From positions 1 to 56,598 of the forward strand of contig CAYXMF010000002.1 of NCBI GenBank assembly GCA_964465845.1: a DNA stretch of 56,598 nt, given 5' to 3'. The DNA is from an uncultured Eubacteriales bacterium (GTDB lineage: Bacteria; Bacillota; Clostridia; Oscillospirales; Acutalibacteraceae). Positions 36,384 through 44,886 of the stretch are shown piece by piece. The notes under the pieces are model-generated. The model worked only from the letters and a program-made list of their open reading frames with translations. It did no database searches and was not told the origin of the DNA. The translations under genes were made by a program, and so were the position numbers. Position 1 is the stretch's first letter; each line of letters opens with the position of its first letter.

Positions 36384-37796
36384 CTACTTGTTTCTTCGTG
36401 GCAAAATTAAGGTTGTGGTTGTTCCACTACCGATTTTACTTTCGATAATCATTTCACCATCGTGCATTTTAATTATTTCATCAGTAACTGCAAGACCAAT
36501 TCCACTGCCTCGCACACTGTTATTCGCTTTAAAGAATCGTTCACGGACACGTGGCAGGTCATTCTTTGAAATTCCGCAACCATTATCAGCAATAATTACT
36601 TTAACCTGAGTATTAGTACATTCAAGACTTACCTTTACAAATCCGCCTTTTTTATTGTATTTAAAACTATTATCAATAACATTGACAAAAACCTGTTTTA
36701 AACGATTTTTATCACCTGATAACAATAAGCTGTTATGAGGAATATCGATAACAAGTTCAATACCTTCACGTTCTGAACGCTCACGGAATACTTCAAGTAC
36801 TTCTGAAAGTTCTTTAACAATATCTATTTTAGATGTTTTCAAAGTCATTTTTCCACTTTCCATACGTGAAAAATCAAGAAGTTCTTCAACCAAATCAGTT
36901 AATCTTTCAGATTCGTTTACGATTACATTAATACCTTTGTCTATAAGTTCCTTATCACTATCTTTAACAGAACGTATTGTTTCGCCCCAACCCTTAATTG
37001 CAGTAAGAGGTGTTCTTAATTCGTGTGAAACTGTTGAAATAAACTCGTTTTTCATTCGTTCGGTTTCACCTATTTCATAAGCCATATTGTTGATAGTGTC
37101 ACACAACTGACCTATTTCATCATCATACTTATATTTTTCAATTGAAACGTTAAAATCGCCTTTAGCAATTTTTGATGCCGTTTCATTAATTTTTCGTACA
37201 GGATTAATAATTGAATTTATAAAAAAGGCACCGGACGTGACAACAAAAGATATAAACACAATAAGTAAAATTCCTATAATAATCCAAATCTGAACTAACT
37301 GTTTGTCAACATCTTCAAGTGAAATAACATATCTTACCGCACCGCTTGTTCCGCTATCATTCTGTGGTAAAACATACGTCATAGCCATAACTTTTTCACC
37401 ACTCTGCATTTCGCCTATCCACTGACCTTTTCCATCATCGCTGGCTTTTGCATAATCATAATCGGGGTAAAGTTCACCTTTAACTGAAAATCCTGTAGAT
37501 GAAACAACAACATTTCCATTTTTATCAATGACCCAGACTTCCATAACATTTTTGTCAGAAAAATTATCAACAAAATTTTTGGCAAGTTTATAAAAAGCTT
37601 CATCACTGATTGCAGATGCAGAATTAAAGTTTGAAAGCACCATTACAGACGCTCGTGAATTCAGTGTCATTTCAACTGAGTTGTAATACTGTTGTTTAAG
37701 AATTACACCAATTGAAACACCAATAACGATGATTAATACAATAATTCCGGCAAGAACAGTCAACGCCCAGCGCTTAACTATGCTGTTTTTTACCAT
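36384..37796 (-). CDS. sensor histidine kinase (2 TM helices, about 150-aa extracytoplasmic domain, HAMP, HisKA, HATPase_c)
   Basis: H-box SHELRTPLTAI, N-box DNSFKY and G-boxes DNGCGI / GSGIGL. ATG 37796 (GGTGA SD) is preferred; ATG 37811 is an alternative start. Confidence 0.9.
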   Translation of the reverse strand: MVKNSIVKRWALTVLAGIIVLIIVIGVSIGVILKQQYYNSVEMTLNSRASVMVLSNFNSASAISDEAFYKLAKNFVDNFSDKNVMEVWVIDKNGNVVVSSTGFSVKGELYPDYDYAKASDDGKGQWIGEMQSGEKVMAMTYVLPQNDSGTSGAVRYVISLEDVDKQLVQIWIIIGILLIVFISFVVTSGAFFINSIINPVRKINETASKIAKGDFNVSIEKYKYDDEIGQLCDTINNMAYEIGETERMKNEFISTVSHELRTPLTAIKGWGETIRSVKDSDKELIDKGINVIVNESERLTDLVEELLDFSRMESGKMTLKTSKIDIVKELSEVLEVFRERSEREGIELVIDIPHNSLLLSGDKNRLKQVFVNVIDNSFKYNKKGGFVKVSLECTNTQVKVIIADNGCGISKNDLPRVRERFFKANNSVRGSGIGLAVTDEIIKMHDGEMIIESKIGSGTTTTLILPRRNK

Positions 37797-37819
37797 ATAA
37801 TCACCGTCCATTTATATTT

Positions 37820-38524
37820 TTAAATCACCCATTTATAACCCATTCCCCACACAGTAGTAAGGTGTTTGGGTTGGGCAGGATCATCTTCAATCTTATTTCT
37901 CAATCTATGAATATTAACATTAACTACTTTATCATCACCATAATAGGCATCGCCCCAGACAAATTTTAATATTTCATTTCGATCAAGGGCAACATTGGGA
38001 TTTGACAACAGGAATTCCATAATCTGAAATTCAACCTGCGTCAGTTCAATTGGCTCGCCGTTTCTTGTAAGAGTGTGACTTCTTAAATCAAGAACAAACT
38101 CGTTAAGGGAAATAACACTTTCAGGTGTCTTCTCTACAGTGTTGTCAACAGTCAGTGAAACACGTCTGTAAACAGCATCAATTCTTGCCATAAGTTCAGA
38201 TGGTGAAAATGGTTTGGTAACATAGTCGTCAGCACCTACCATAAGTCCCGTAACCTTATCCATTTCCTGAGTGCGAGCAGTCAACATAATAATGCCTATG
38301 CGTTTGCTCTTTTCACGGAGATATTTACAAACTTCAAGACCATCAATCACAGGCATCATAATATCAAGAATGGCAATATCAACCTGTTCACTGAATTTAT
38401 CAAATTTTTCGATCGCTTCTTCTCCGTTAGAAGCTTCAATTACTTCATAGCCACTTCGTTTCAGGTTAATCACGACAAAGTCTCTGATTGAGGCTTCATC
38501 TTCAGCAATTAATACACATTTCAT
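37820..38524 (-). CDS. OmpR/PhoB-family response regulator
   Basis: Receiver domain (IAEDE...LDIMMP...) plus a winged-helix output domain (LTQVEFQIMEFL...VWGMGYK). Confidence 0.93.
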   Translation of the reverse strand: MKCVLIAEDEASIRDFVVINLKRSGYEVIEASNGEEAIEKFDKFSEQVDIAILDIMMPVIDGLEVCKYLREKSKRIGIIMLTARTQEMDKVTGLMVGADDYVTKPFSPSELMARIDAVYRRVSLTVDNTVEKTPESVISLNEFVLDLRSHTLTRNGEPIELTQVEFQIMEFLLSNPNVALDRNEILKFVWGDAYYGDDKVVNVNIHRLRNKIEDDPAQPKHLTTVWGMGYKWVI

Positions 38525-38528
38525 AAAA

Positions 38529-39908
38529 TTACTCCTGATTTACCAAAATAAAATTATTTTCAATTGCATCAATATAAATATCTTTATTATCTTCATCGAT
38601 AATTAAATAACCATAAACAAAAACACCATTTTCGTCAAACTTTGTGTAATCGGCATCGTCCTTTTCCCAACTTGTTTCCAAAACCGCTTTAATTGAAAAC
38701 AATTCGCTGATCAATGTTTCATTATAATCAATAGAATAAAATGAAATAGACGCTGTGTTTTCATTATAAACTGCCGTTATGTTTTCAATCCACTCATCAG
38801 GGAAGATAAACATATAACCATAAGTTCCGTTTAAAAGACATTTGGTTTCAACAATAAGCTCATTACCATCTGCCTCAGACCAAACAGTAAGATTCAAATC
38901 GTTTTTTTGCTCTGAATTGTCTGAAAAACGTACACCGCCGAATAATTTCTCAAGTGTGGGAACTTCAACAACACCATCATTATCAAAATCCTGTGAATAC
39001 ACCCTTACATCTCGCAAAGTAACAGGTTGTGCTGAAACATTGCTTTCATATAAAGGTAATGATACTTCAAAAGTATTATGAGAAACATCAATAATTTCAG
39101 TAATTATTCCCGTATCACTAATTGAGCCATCGACATATACTCTCGAATGAGTTTCTTCATCAACTGTATATGAATCACACACAATATTATAGACATCAAG
39201 CATACCTGTAAGAATAAATTTAATATCTTGGTCAATTGAATATTCACTGTCAAAGCTTACTATTCTGCCTTCAGTCACTTTTTCCTGATTAGATAAGCTA
39301 ATATTAATAATGAACAACTCATCTGCTTCATCGCCGTTAATGTCTTCAACAAGCAGCTTAGTGTAATTTTCAGTTTTCAAAATTGTTGTCGAACTGCCAT
39401 TATAACTGTAAATGGCAAGAATTCGGTCATTACTGCTTCCTAACCCTGCAGAAGCAAGCGAATCAGAAGACAATGATGATGACCAACTGATTAATATTTC
39501 GAAAATTCCGTCACCATTAATGTCAGCAAAGTCAACGGCATAAACTTCTTCACTTCTGCCTTTTATGGTTGACACAAAAGACCATTTATCATTTAAGAAT
39601 TTAAAAACGCTGACATAAGCAAACTCGTCTTTAACAGGGTCAGAATATAAAACTAAAGCCTCAGATACAGAATCATTATCTAAGTCATATAACAAATAAG
39701 AAGATCTGTATTCACCGCTAATTGGGGATTTCATCACTATGCTCTCACTGTCGCCGACTGTCGTTTCAAAAGTCTGTTGCAATAAACTGTTTTTACCGCT
39801 AAGCTTTGGCGGACGCATAAGAATATCAACTGATGAAATGTTAACATCGCAGCCTGCAAAAGTAAGACAGATAACAAAGCAAACAATTATAGCTATTAAT
39901 TTTTTCAT
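38529..39908 (-). CDS. lipoprotein of unknown function with FG-GAP/VCBS-like Ca-binding loops
   Basis: Lipobox LTFAGC. Three D-x-N/D-x-D-G loops (DINGDGIFEIL, DINGDEADELF, DFDNDGVVEV). Own SD GAGGTGA. Its last codons contain the response-regulator SD. Confidence 0.7.
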   Translation of the reverse strand: MKKLIAIIVCFVICLTFAGCDVNISSVDILMRPPKLSGKNSLLQQTFETTVGDSESIVMKSPISGEYRSSYLLYDLDNDSVSEALVLYSDPVKDEFAYVSVFKFLNDKWSFVSTIKGRSEEVYAVDFADINGDGIFEILISWSSSLSSDSLASAGLGSSNDRILAIYSYNGSSTTILKTENYTKLLVEDINGDEADELFIINISLSNQEKVTEGRIVSFDSEYSIDQDIKFILTGMLDVYNIVCDSYTVDEETHSRVYVDGSISDTGIITEIIDVSHNTFEVSLPLYESNVSAQPVTLRDVRVYSQDFDNDGVVEVPTLEKLFGGVRFSDNSEQKNDLNLTVWSEADGNELIVETKCLLNGTYGYMFIFPDEWIENITAVYNENTASISFYSIDYNETLISELFSIKAVLETSWEKDDADYTKFDENGVFVYGYLIIDEDNKDIYIDAIENNFILVNQE

Positions 39909-39928
39909 TATCTGTCACCTCGCATTAA

Positions 39929-41233
39929 TTAAGATAAGGGACTAACCGAAACCTTAATATCATATTTACCTATTGCCCAGCAATTGTAATCACCTGAAAC
40001 AATTACTTTTCCCTGCAGAGTTTTTGTATCATCAAGAATTGTTTTATCAGCAGTATCAATTTCTATTCTCAGATAATCTGCTGTAATTGTTTCAATTTCA
40101 GACTTAGGTCCTACAACAGTTACTGTAACATCACGTGTAGTGTTAAGTCGTACTGAATAGTCTTCTCTGTCGTTTTTAACTTTAATTGCAGATACAGGAA
40201 CACTAATTGTCTTAGAAACTAAATCAGAGGCATTGACACTGATTTTAAATCTCTTGACACTATCATCCATAATCTTATATGAATTAACAGAATCAGAATT
40301 AACGTAGAAAGTGTTATAACTGTTTGCAATATCAGCAAAATCTATTGTATCCACTACAAAATATTTTGTTGTTTCGATGGCATCAACAGGAATTGCAACC
40401 TTAACTGTTGATGGTGACACAGAATACTCCAACGGATTATTAATAAAATAAGAAGGAGCATTTTTAAATTCAACGGCTGTTGGAAGTGTCACAACTTTTA
40501 AAACAGGAACAGATAATGTTATTCCACTGTCGCCTGTGTTTATCTGAGTATATTCAAGATCAGTTCCATCAGTAGTATTGATTTCAATTTTAGTGTCAAA
40601 TGTCGTTGTTTTCTCTAAAACTTCATCAATAGTTGCAATCGCAGAAACACCCGTTATTCTATTAATCTCAGTAGCAGGTCCGCTAAGAAGAACTGTGTTT
40701 TTAGAAAGAACTATATCACCTGCAAGACAATCATCAGGAACACACGAATCAAGTTTTGTATCAATGGAACTCTCTAAAGCAACTTCAATTTCCTTGTAAG
40801 TATCAAAATACACCTCAACATAGGTAGATGATGTTGATGAAATAACAAAATCTTCAGTTGCATCTTTCGGTGTAACTTTTAACTGCAAAGTCTTAGAGCC
40901 TGCACTGTCAACATAATTTGTGTTTGCTACAACCTGTATATCGTCACTGTCAAGAGAAGAAATAATATATTTCTTTCCTTTAACTGTAACATCAACCGTA
41001 AATTCTGATTCACCAAAAATCTGTAAACCCAACTGTTCCGGAATTGTGTTTTCAAGATTGATCTGAACAGGAACATTAGAGATTACTCTTTGCTCTTCAG
41101 GGCTTTTTTCAATTGCAATCCAAGTCCAGATTGAAAAAGCAATTACAAAAGAGAAAACTGCCAAAAATCTGTTATCATGAACAAGTTCAGATAAAGAAAA
41201 TTTTGATTTTTTTGTATTACTGTTATTTTTCAT
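39929..41233 (-). CDS. cdaR: YbbR-domain protein, CdaA regulator
   Basis: N-terminal TM helix and repeated YbbR-like beta modules. It overlaps cdaA by 11 nt. Confidence 0.85.
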   Translation of the reverse strand: MKNNSNTKKSKFSLSELVHDNRFLAVFSFVIAFSIWTWIAIEKSPEEQRVISNVPVQINLENTIPEQLGLQIFGESEFTVDVTVKGKKYIISSLDSDDIQVVANTNYVDSAGSKTLQLKVTPKDATEDFVISSTSSTYVEVYFDTYKEIEVALESSIDTKLDSCVPDDCLAGDIVLSKNTVLLSGPATEINRITGVSAIATIDEVLEKTTTFDTKIEINTTDGTDLEYTQINTGDSGITLSVPVLKVVTLPTAVEFKNAPSYFINNPLEYSVSPSTVKVAIPVDAIETTKYFVVDTIDFADIANSYNTFYVNSDSVNSYKIMDDSVKRFKISVNASDLVSKTISVPVSAIKVKNDREDYSVRLNTTRDVTVTVVGPKSEIETITADYLRIEIDTADKTILDDTKTLQGKVIVSGDYNCWAIGKYDIKVSVSPLS

Positions 41234-42107
41234 TCTTGCTACCTCTCAAAATTTTCTTGATTTTATTAGGTTCTTTTTCTTCGCTCTTAATGAAATTCTG
41301 CATTAAAATTTCACGTAAATCGCCGTCAGAAATACCTCTCTTAAGATTTCCTCTTTCAGCTACAGAAATGGCACCTGTTTCTTCAGAAACAACTACAACA
41401 ATTGCATCACTTGACTCGCTCATTCCTACTGCGGCACGGTGGCGAGTACCCAACTCACTACTCAGAAGATTATTACTTGTAAGGGGAAGAATGCATCCGG
41501 CAGAAACAACGCGACCATCTTTAACTATCGCCGCACCATCATGCATAGGTGCTTTGGGGAAAAATATGTTACCAATTAACTCAGTTGTAACGGTAGCATC
41601 AAGAGAAGTACCTGTTTTTGCAATTTCACCAAGCAAAGTTTCTTTTTCAAAAACTATCAAAGCACCAATCTGCTTGTCACTCATATCGGCACAAGCACGG
41701 CAAACATAATTTATAGAATTTTTGATTTTTTCCTGTAAATCTGCTTCATCTTTGTTTTTAAGATTAAAAATATTGGAAATTGTGACTGAACTTCTGCCCA
41801 TAGTTTCAAGTGCATGTCTGATTTCAGGTGCAAAAATAACAACAAGAATCATAAGCAAGTTTCCAAATGCAAAACTTAAAATAAATTCACTTGCACGCAT
41901 TTCAAACAGAGAAACCAAAGCATAAACAATAGCAAGAAATAGTACGCCCTTTGCAAGTTGCATTGCACGTGTTCCACGAATAAGTTTAATAGCGCTGTAA
42001 ATAACAAATGCAACAAGAATAACATCTAACACATCACTAACACTGCTGAATGAAAACAATGCTCTTTTGATATTCTCAAACAAATCAACAAAAAAATCTG
42101 CTACCAT
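41223..42107 (-). CDS. cdaA: diadenylate cyclase (membrane-anchored, DisA_N domain)
   Basis: Three N-terminal TM helices and the motifs GALIVFE, HDGAAIV and GTRHRAAVG. The start is reset to ATG 42107 (MVADFF...). Confidence 0.9.
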   Translation of the reverse strand: MVADFFVDLFENIKRALFSFSSVSDVLDVILVAFVIYSAIKLIRGTRAMQLAKGVLFLAIVYALVSLFEMRASEFILSFAFGNLLMILVVIFAPEIRHALETMGRSSVTISNIFNLKNKDEADLQEKIKNSINYVCRACADMSDKQIGALIVFEKETLLGEIAKTGTSLDATVTTELIGNIFFPKAPMHDGAAIVKDGRVVSAGCILPLTSNNLLSSELGTRHRAAVGMSESSDAIVVVVSEETGAISVAERGNLKRGISDGDLREILMQNFIKSEEKEPNKIKKILRGSKNEK

Positions 42108-42135
42108 AATTTTCTCACTCTTTCCAATAAAAAAA

Positions 42136-42208
42136 TACAATATATTGTAAAAAATCCGTAAATAATCTATTAATTACATACAGATACACATATTCACAAT
42201 ATATTGTA
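42136..42208. repeat. two copies of a perfect AT-rich palindrome (putative operator pair) upstream of cdaA
   Basis: TACAATATATTGTA at 42136-42149 and cACAATATATTGTA at 42195-42208. The centres are 59 bp apart. Confidence 0.6.
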
Positions 42209-42214
42209 TCACAA

Positions 42215-43366
42215 CTAATTTAATTTTGCAATTTTTCTTATAGATTTTATTAAAAAATCTACATCAGTTTTTTTAGTGAAAATTGACGGCGAAATTCTGA
42301 CCGTTCCAGTTTCGTCAGTCCCGAATTTTCTGTGTGCCAAAGGTGCGCAATGTAGCCCCGCCCTGACGGCAATTCCAAGGTCACTTAAACTTTCAGCAAC
42401 CGCTTCACTATGCATATTTTTTATATTAAATGAGAGTATAGGTGCAAGACGCAGTTTTTTATCAAAAAAATCTGTATATAATAAAACCTTATCATTATTT
42501 TGAAGATTTTTTTGCAGATACCTCAACATTGTAACTTCGTGCTCATAAATTTTTGATACACCATTTTTATTAATAAAGTCCATCGCTTGTGAAAGTCCGA
42601 TAATACCTGAAACATTGGGTGTTCCGCTTTCAAATTTATCAGGTAAAACATCCGGCTGTTCTGCACTTGCGGAATTGCTTCCCGTACCGCCCTCAATAAA
42701 TGAATTTAATGATATGTTACTATTAATAATCATTATACCCGTTCCTGTTGGTCCCATAAGTCCTTTATGACCGGCACAGCATAAAATATCAATCCCATCA
42801 CGGTGCATATTAACGGGAATCACCCCACCGATTTGCGCACAATCCATAATAAATAACAATTTATTACGGTGAGCAAGATGTGATAATAATTTGTACGGTG
42901 GAATTACGCCAAAAACATTTGAAGCACCCGTACAGATAATTGCTACCGTGTTCGGTCTTATTTTCTCATTAAAGTTTTTCACAGTCTGGAAATCGTCATT
43001 TGTGACTTCAGCAATACTGTATTCACAAAATCCGCTTTGTTTTAGTTTTTCCAATGGTCTCAGAACTGCATTGTGTTCCAAATCAGAAATAATAAAATGC
43101 GCACCATTACGTGCAACACCCTTTATTGCCATATTAAGAGCTGTCGTACAATTATAAGTGAAAATTACATTTTCGACTTCTGAAGCACCAAAAAAGTTGG
43201 CAATTTTTTGACGGCAATTGTATATTTGCTCTGTTGTTTCGATTGCCAGCTGATACGCGCCTCTTCCCGAATTTGCGCCGTATTTATAAAACGAATTACA
43301 AACAGAATCGATTACGCATTTAGGTTTTGGATATGATGTAGCACTATTATCAAAATAAATCATCAT
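42215..43366 (-). CDS. class V aminotransferase / cysteine desulfurase-family protein
   Basis: YFDNSATSYP N-terminus, PLP-Lys context CAGHKGLMGP and C-terminal RAGLHCAP (active-site Cys loop). Confidence 0.85.
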   Translation of the reverse strand: MMIYFDNSATSYPKPKCVIDSVCNSFYKYGANSGRGAYQLAIETTEQIYNCRQKIANFFGASEVENVIFTYNCTTALNMAIKGVARNGAHFIISDLEHNAVLRPLEKLKQSGFCEYSIAEVTNDDFQTVKNFNEKIRPNTVAIICTGASNVFGVIPPYKLLSHLAHRNKLLFIMDCAQIGGVIPVNMHRDGIDILCCAGHKGLMGPTGTGIMIINSNISLNSFIEGGTGSNSASAEQPDVLPDKFESGTPNVSGIIGLSQAMDFINKNGVSKIYEHEVTMLRYLQKNLQNNDKVLLYTDFFDKKLRLAPILSFNIKNMHSEAVAESLSDLGIAVRAGLHCAPLAHRKFGTDETGTVRISPSIFTKKTDVDFLIKSIRKIAKLN

Positions 43367-43581
43367 ATCATCTCATAACTCAAATACTTAACCTTATTTA
43401 AATCAAACAAATTGATAAACTTATTAACGTTACCATTAATTATTAAGTTGTAACCACAGCCTTCTTTTGCCGTGGCTTTTGGATTTTTTCTGACAATTGC
43501 TTTACCTCCGTAATTTTCAACAAGCCCCTTAGCCTTCAATGCATAGGTTACGGAGGAAAATTTAACAATAGCCTTATTCAT
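43363..43581 (-). CDS. DUF3343 protein (putative Se/S carrier-like)
   Basis: 72 aa: MNKAIVKFSSVTYALKAKGLVENYGGKAIVRKNP...GCGYNL. The start is reset to ATG 43581 (AGGGTGA SD). Its stop overlaps the desulfurase ATG (ATGA). Confidence 0.65.
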   Translation of the reverse strand: MNKAIVKFSSVTYALKAKGLVENYGGKAIVRKNPKATAKEGCGYNLIINGNVNKFINLFDLNKVKYLSYEMI

Positions 43582-43630
43582 TGTAAACATCACCCTATAC
43601 ATACTATGAAAATTAACTATAAATGACAAA

Positions 43631-43656
43631 AACACTCACCAACTTTGGCGAGTGTT
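43631..43656 (-). terminator. intrinsic terminator after ispF
   Basis: Minus-strand AACACTCGCC / GGTGAGTGTT 10-bp stem with loop AAAGTT, then TTTTGTCATTT. Confidence 0.7.
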
Positions 43657-43663
43657 TTACTGA

Positions 43664-44161
43664 TTATATAAACTTGATTTTGTTTTTAGATTCAACAAGA
43701 CAAACACAATGTGCTGAGATACCCTCTTTTGCACCTGTAAATCCAAGTTTTTCTTCCGTTGTTGCTTTAACGCTGACACAATCCACACCAACGCCAAGCG
43801 CTACAGCAATATTATTTCTCATCATTTCAATATACGGAGCAAGTTTTGGTGCCTGAGCAATTACCGTGGCATCAATATTATTTACAGAATATCCTTTAAG
43901 TTTAATGAGCTCAACAACTTTTTTCAGTAATTCAAGACTATCGGCATCTTTGAAATTCTGGTCTGTATCGGGAAAATGTTTACCAATGTCACCTAATGCA
44001 CATGCACCAAGCAAAGAGTCAGAAATGGCGTGAAGCAAAACATCAGCATCTGAATGTCCTAACAAACCTATTCCGTTGTTTTCAATTTCAACGCCACCAA
44101 GAATAAGTTTTCTTCCTTCAACAAGTTTATGAACATCGTAGCCATGACCGATTCTGATCAT
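43664..44161 (-). CDS. ispF: 2-C-methyl-D-erythritol 2,4-cyclodiphosphate synthase
   Basis: IGHGYDVH and [12 protein letters not shown] motifs. Confidence 0.95.
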   Translation of the reverse strand: MIRIGHGYDVHKLVEGRKLILGGVEIENNGIGLLGHSDADVLLHAISDSLLGACALGDIGKHFPDTDQNFKDADSLELLKKVVELIKLKGYSVNNIDATVIAQAPKLAPYIEMMRNNIAVALGVGVDCVSVKATTEEKLGFTGAKEGISAHCVCLVESKNKIKFI

Positions 44162-44163
44162 AT

Positions 44164-44874
44164 TTATTTCCCCTTTCTTTTAAGGTAATTCTCTGCAAGT
44201 TCAATATCTTCAGGTGTTGTGATTTTTATATTTTCATAATCGCCATCAACAAATTTTACTGTTTTACCATAAGCTTCAATCAGCATACAGTCATCAGTAA
44301 AATCCTTACTATTCTCAACAGTATCAACTGCATCAAGATAAAGTTTTTTATTAAAAACCTGTGGTGTCTGAATGAATCGCATATAAGTTCTGTCAGGTGT
44401 ATCAATAATGTTATCATTATCATCAACAACTTTAACTGTATCTTTCACCATAACACCCGTTGCAGCAGCACCAAATTCGGCAGCCGTCTTAATAGTTTCA
44501 ATAATTACCTTATCAGAAACCAATGGTCGAGCACCATCGTGAATAGCAACAATATCAGTATTTTTAGATGTGCTTATAACACCATTATAAACGCTTAACT
44601 GTCTTGTTTCTCCACCAGCAACAATGTCAGAAACCTTATACAAATCATATCTTTCAACAAGCTTTGCTACTTCTTCAATATCACTTTCTCGAGTGACAAT
44701 CACAATCTCATCAATTATGGAAGATTTTTGAAAAGCAGTGATTGAATGGACGATAACAGGAACACCACCAATTTCAAGAAATTGTTTGTTAACTCCGCAC
44801 ATTCTTGTGGAATTACCTGCCGAAACAATTACGGCAGAAACAATCATATTTTCTTTTTCCGTAATTTTCAGCAT
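44164..44874 (-). CDS. ispD: 2-C-methyl-D-erythritol 4-phosphate cytidylyltransferase
   Basis: [11 protein letters not shown]...NKQFL motif, adjacent to ispF. Confidence 0.93.
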   Translation of the reverse strand: MLKITEKENMIVSAVIVSAGNSTRMCGVNKQFLEIGGVPVIVHSITAFQKSSIIDEIVIVTRESDIEEVAKLVERYDLYKVSDIVAGGETRQLSVYNGVISTSKNTDIVAIHDGARPLVSDKVIIETIKTAAEFGAAATGVMVKDTVKVVDDNDNIIDTPDRTYMRFIQTPQVFNKKLYLDAVDTVENSKDFTDDCMLIEAYGKTVKFVDGDYENIKITTPEDIELAENYLKRKGK

Positions 44875-44886
44875 ACAAACTCCCCT

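Noticed and set aside
41113-41709. A 198-aa plus-strand ORF.
   Set aside because: It is antisense to cdaA and cdaR, has no SD and no recognisable motifs. It is a shadow ORF.
42136-42149. The first palindrome as an intrinsic terminator for the cysteine-desulfurase operon (it is followed by a T-run on the minus strand).
   Set aside because: The stem would be almost all A-T (only 2 G-C pairs) and has no loop nucleotides. It is energetically implausible as a terminator, so an operator interpretation is preferred.
42190-42215. A Rex-box-like half-site TTGTGAA on the minus strand, overlapping the second palindrome.
   Set aside because: The partner half-site (TTCACAA) is absent at the required spacing. 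Only one half matches.
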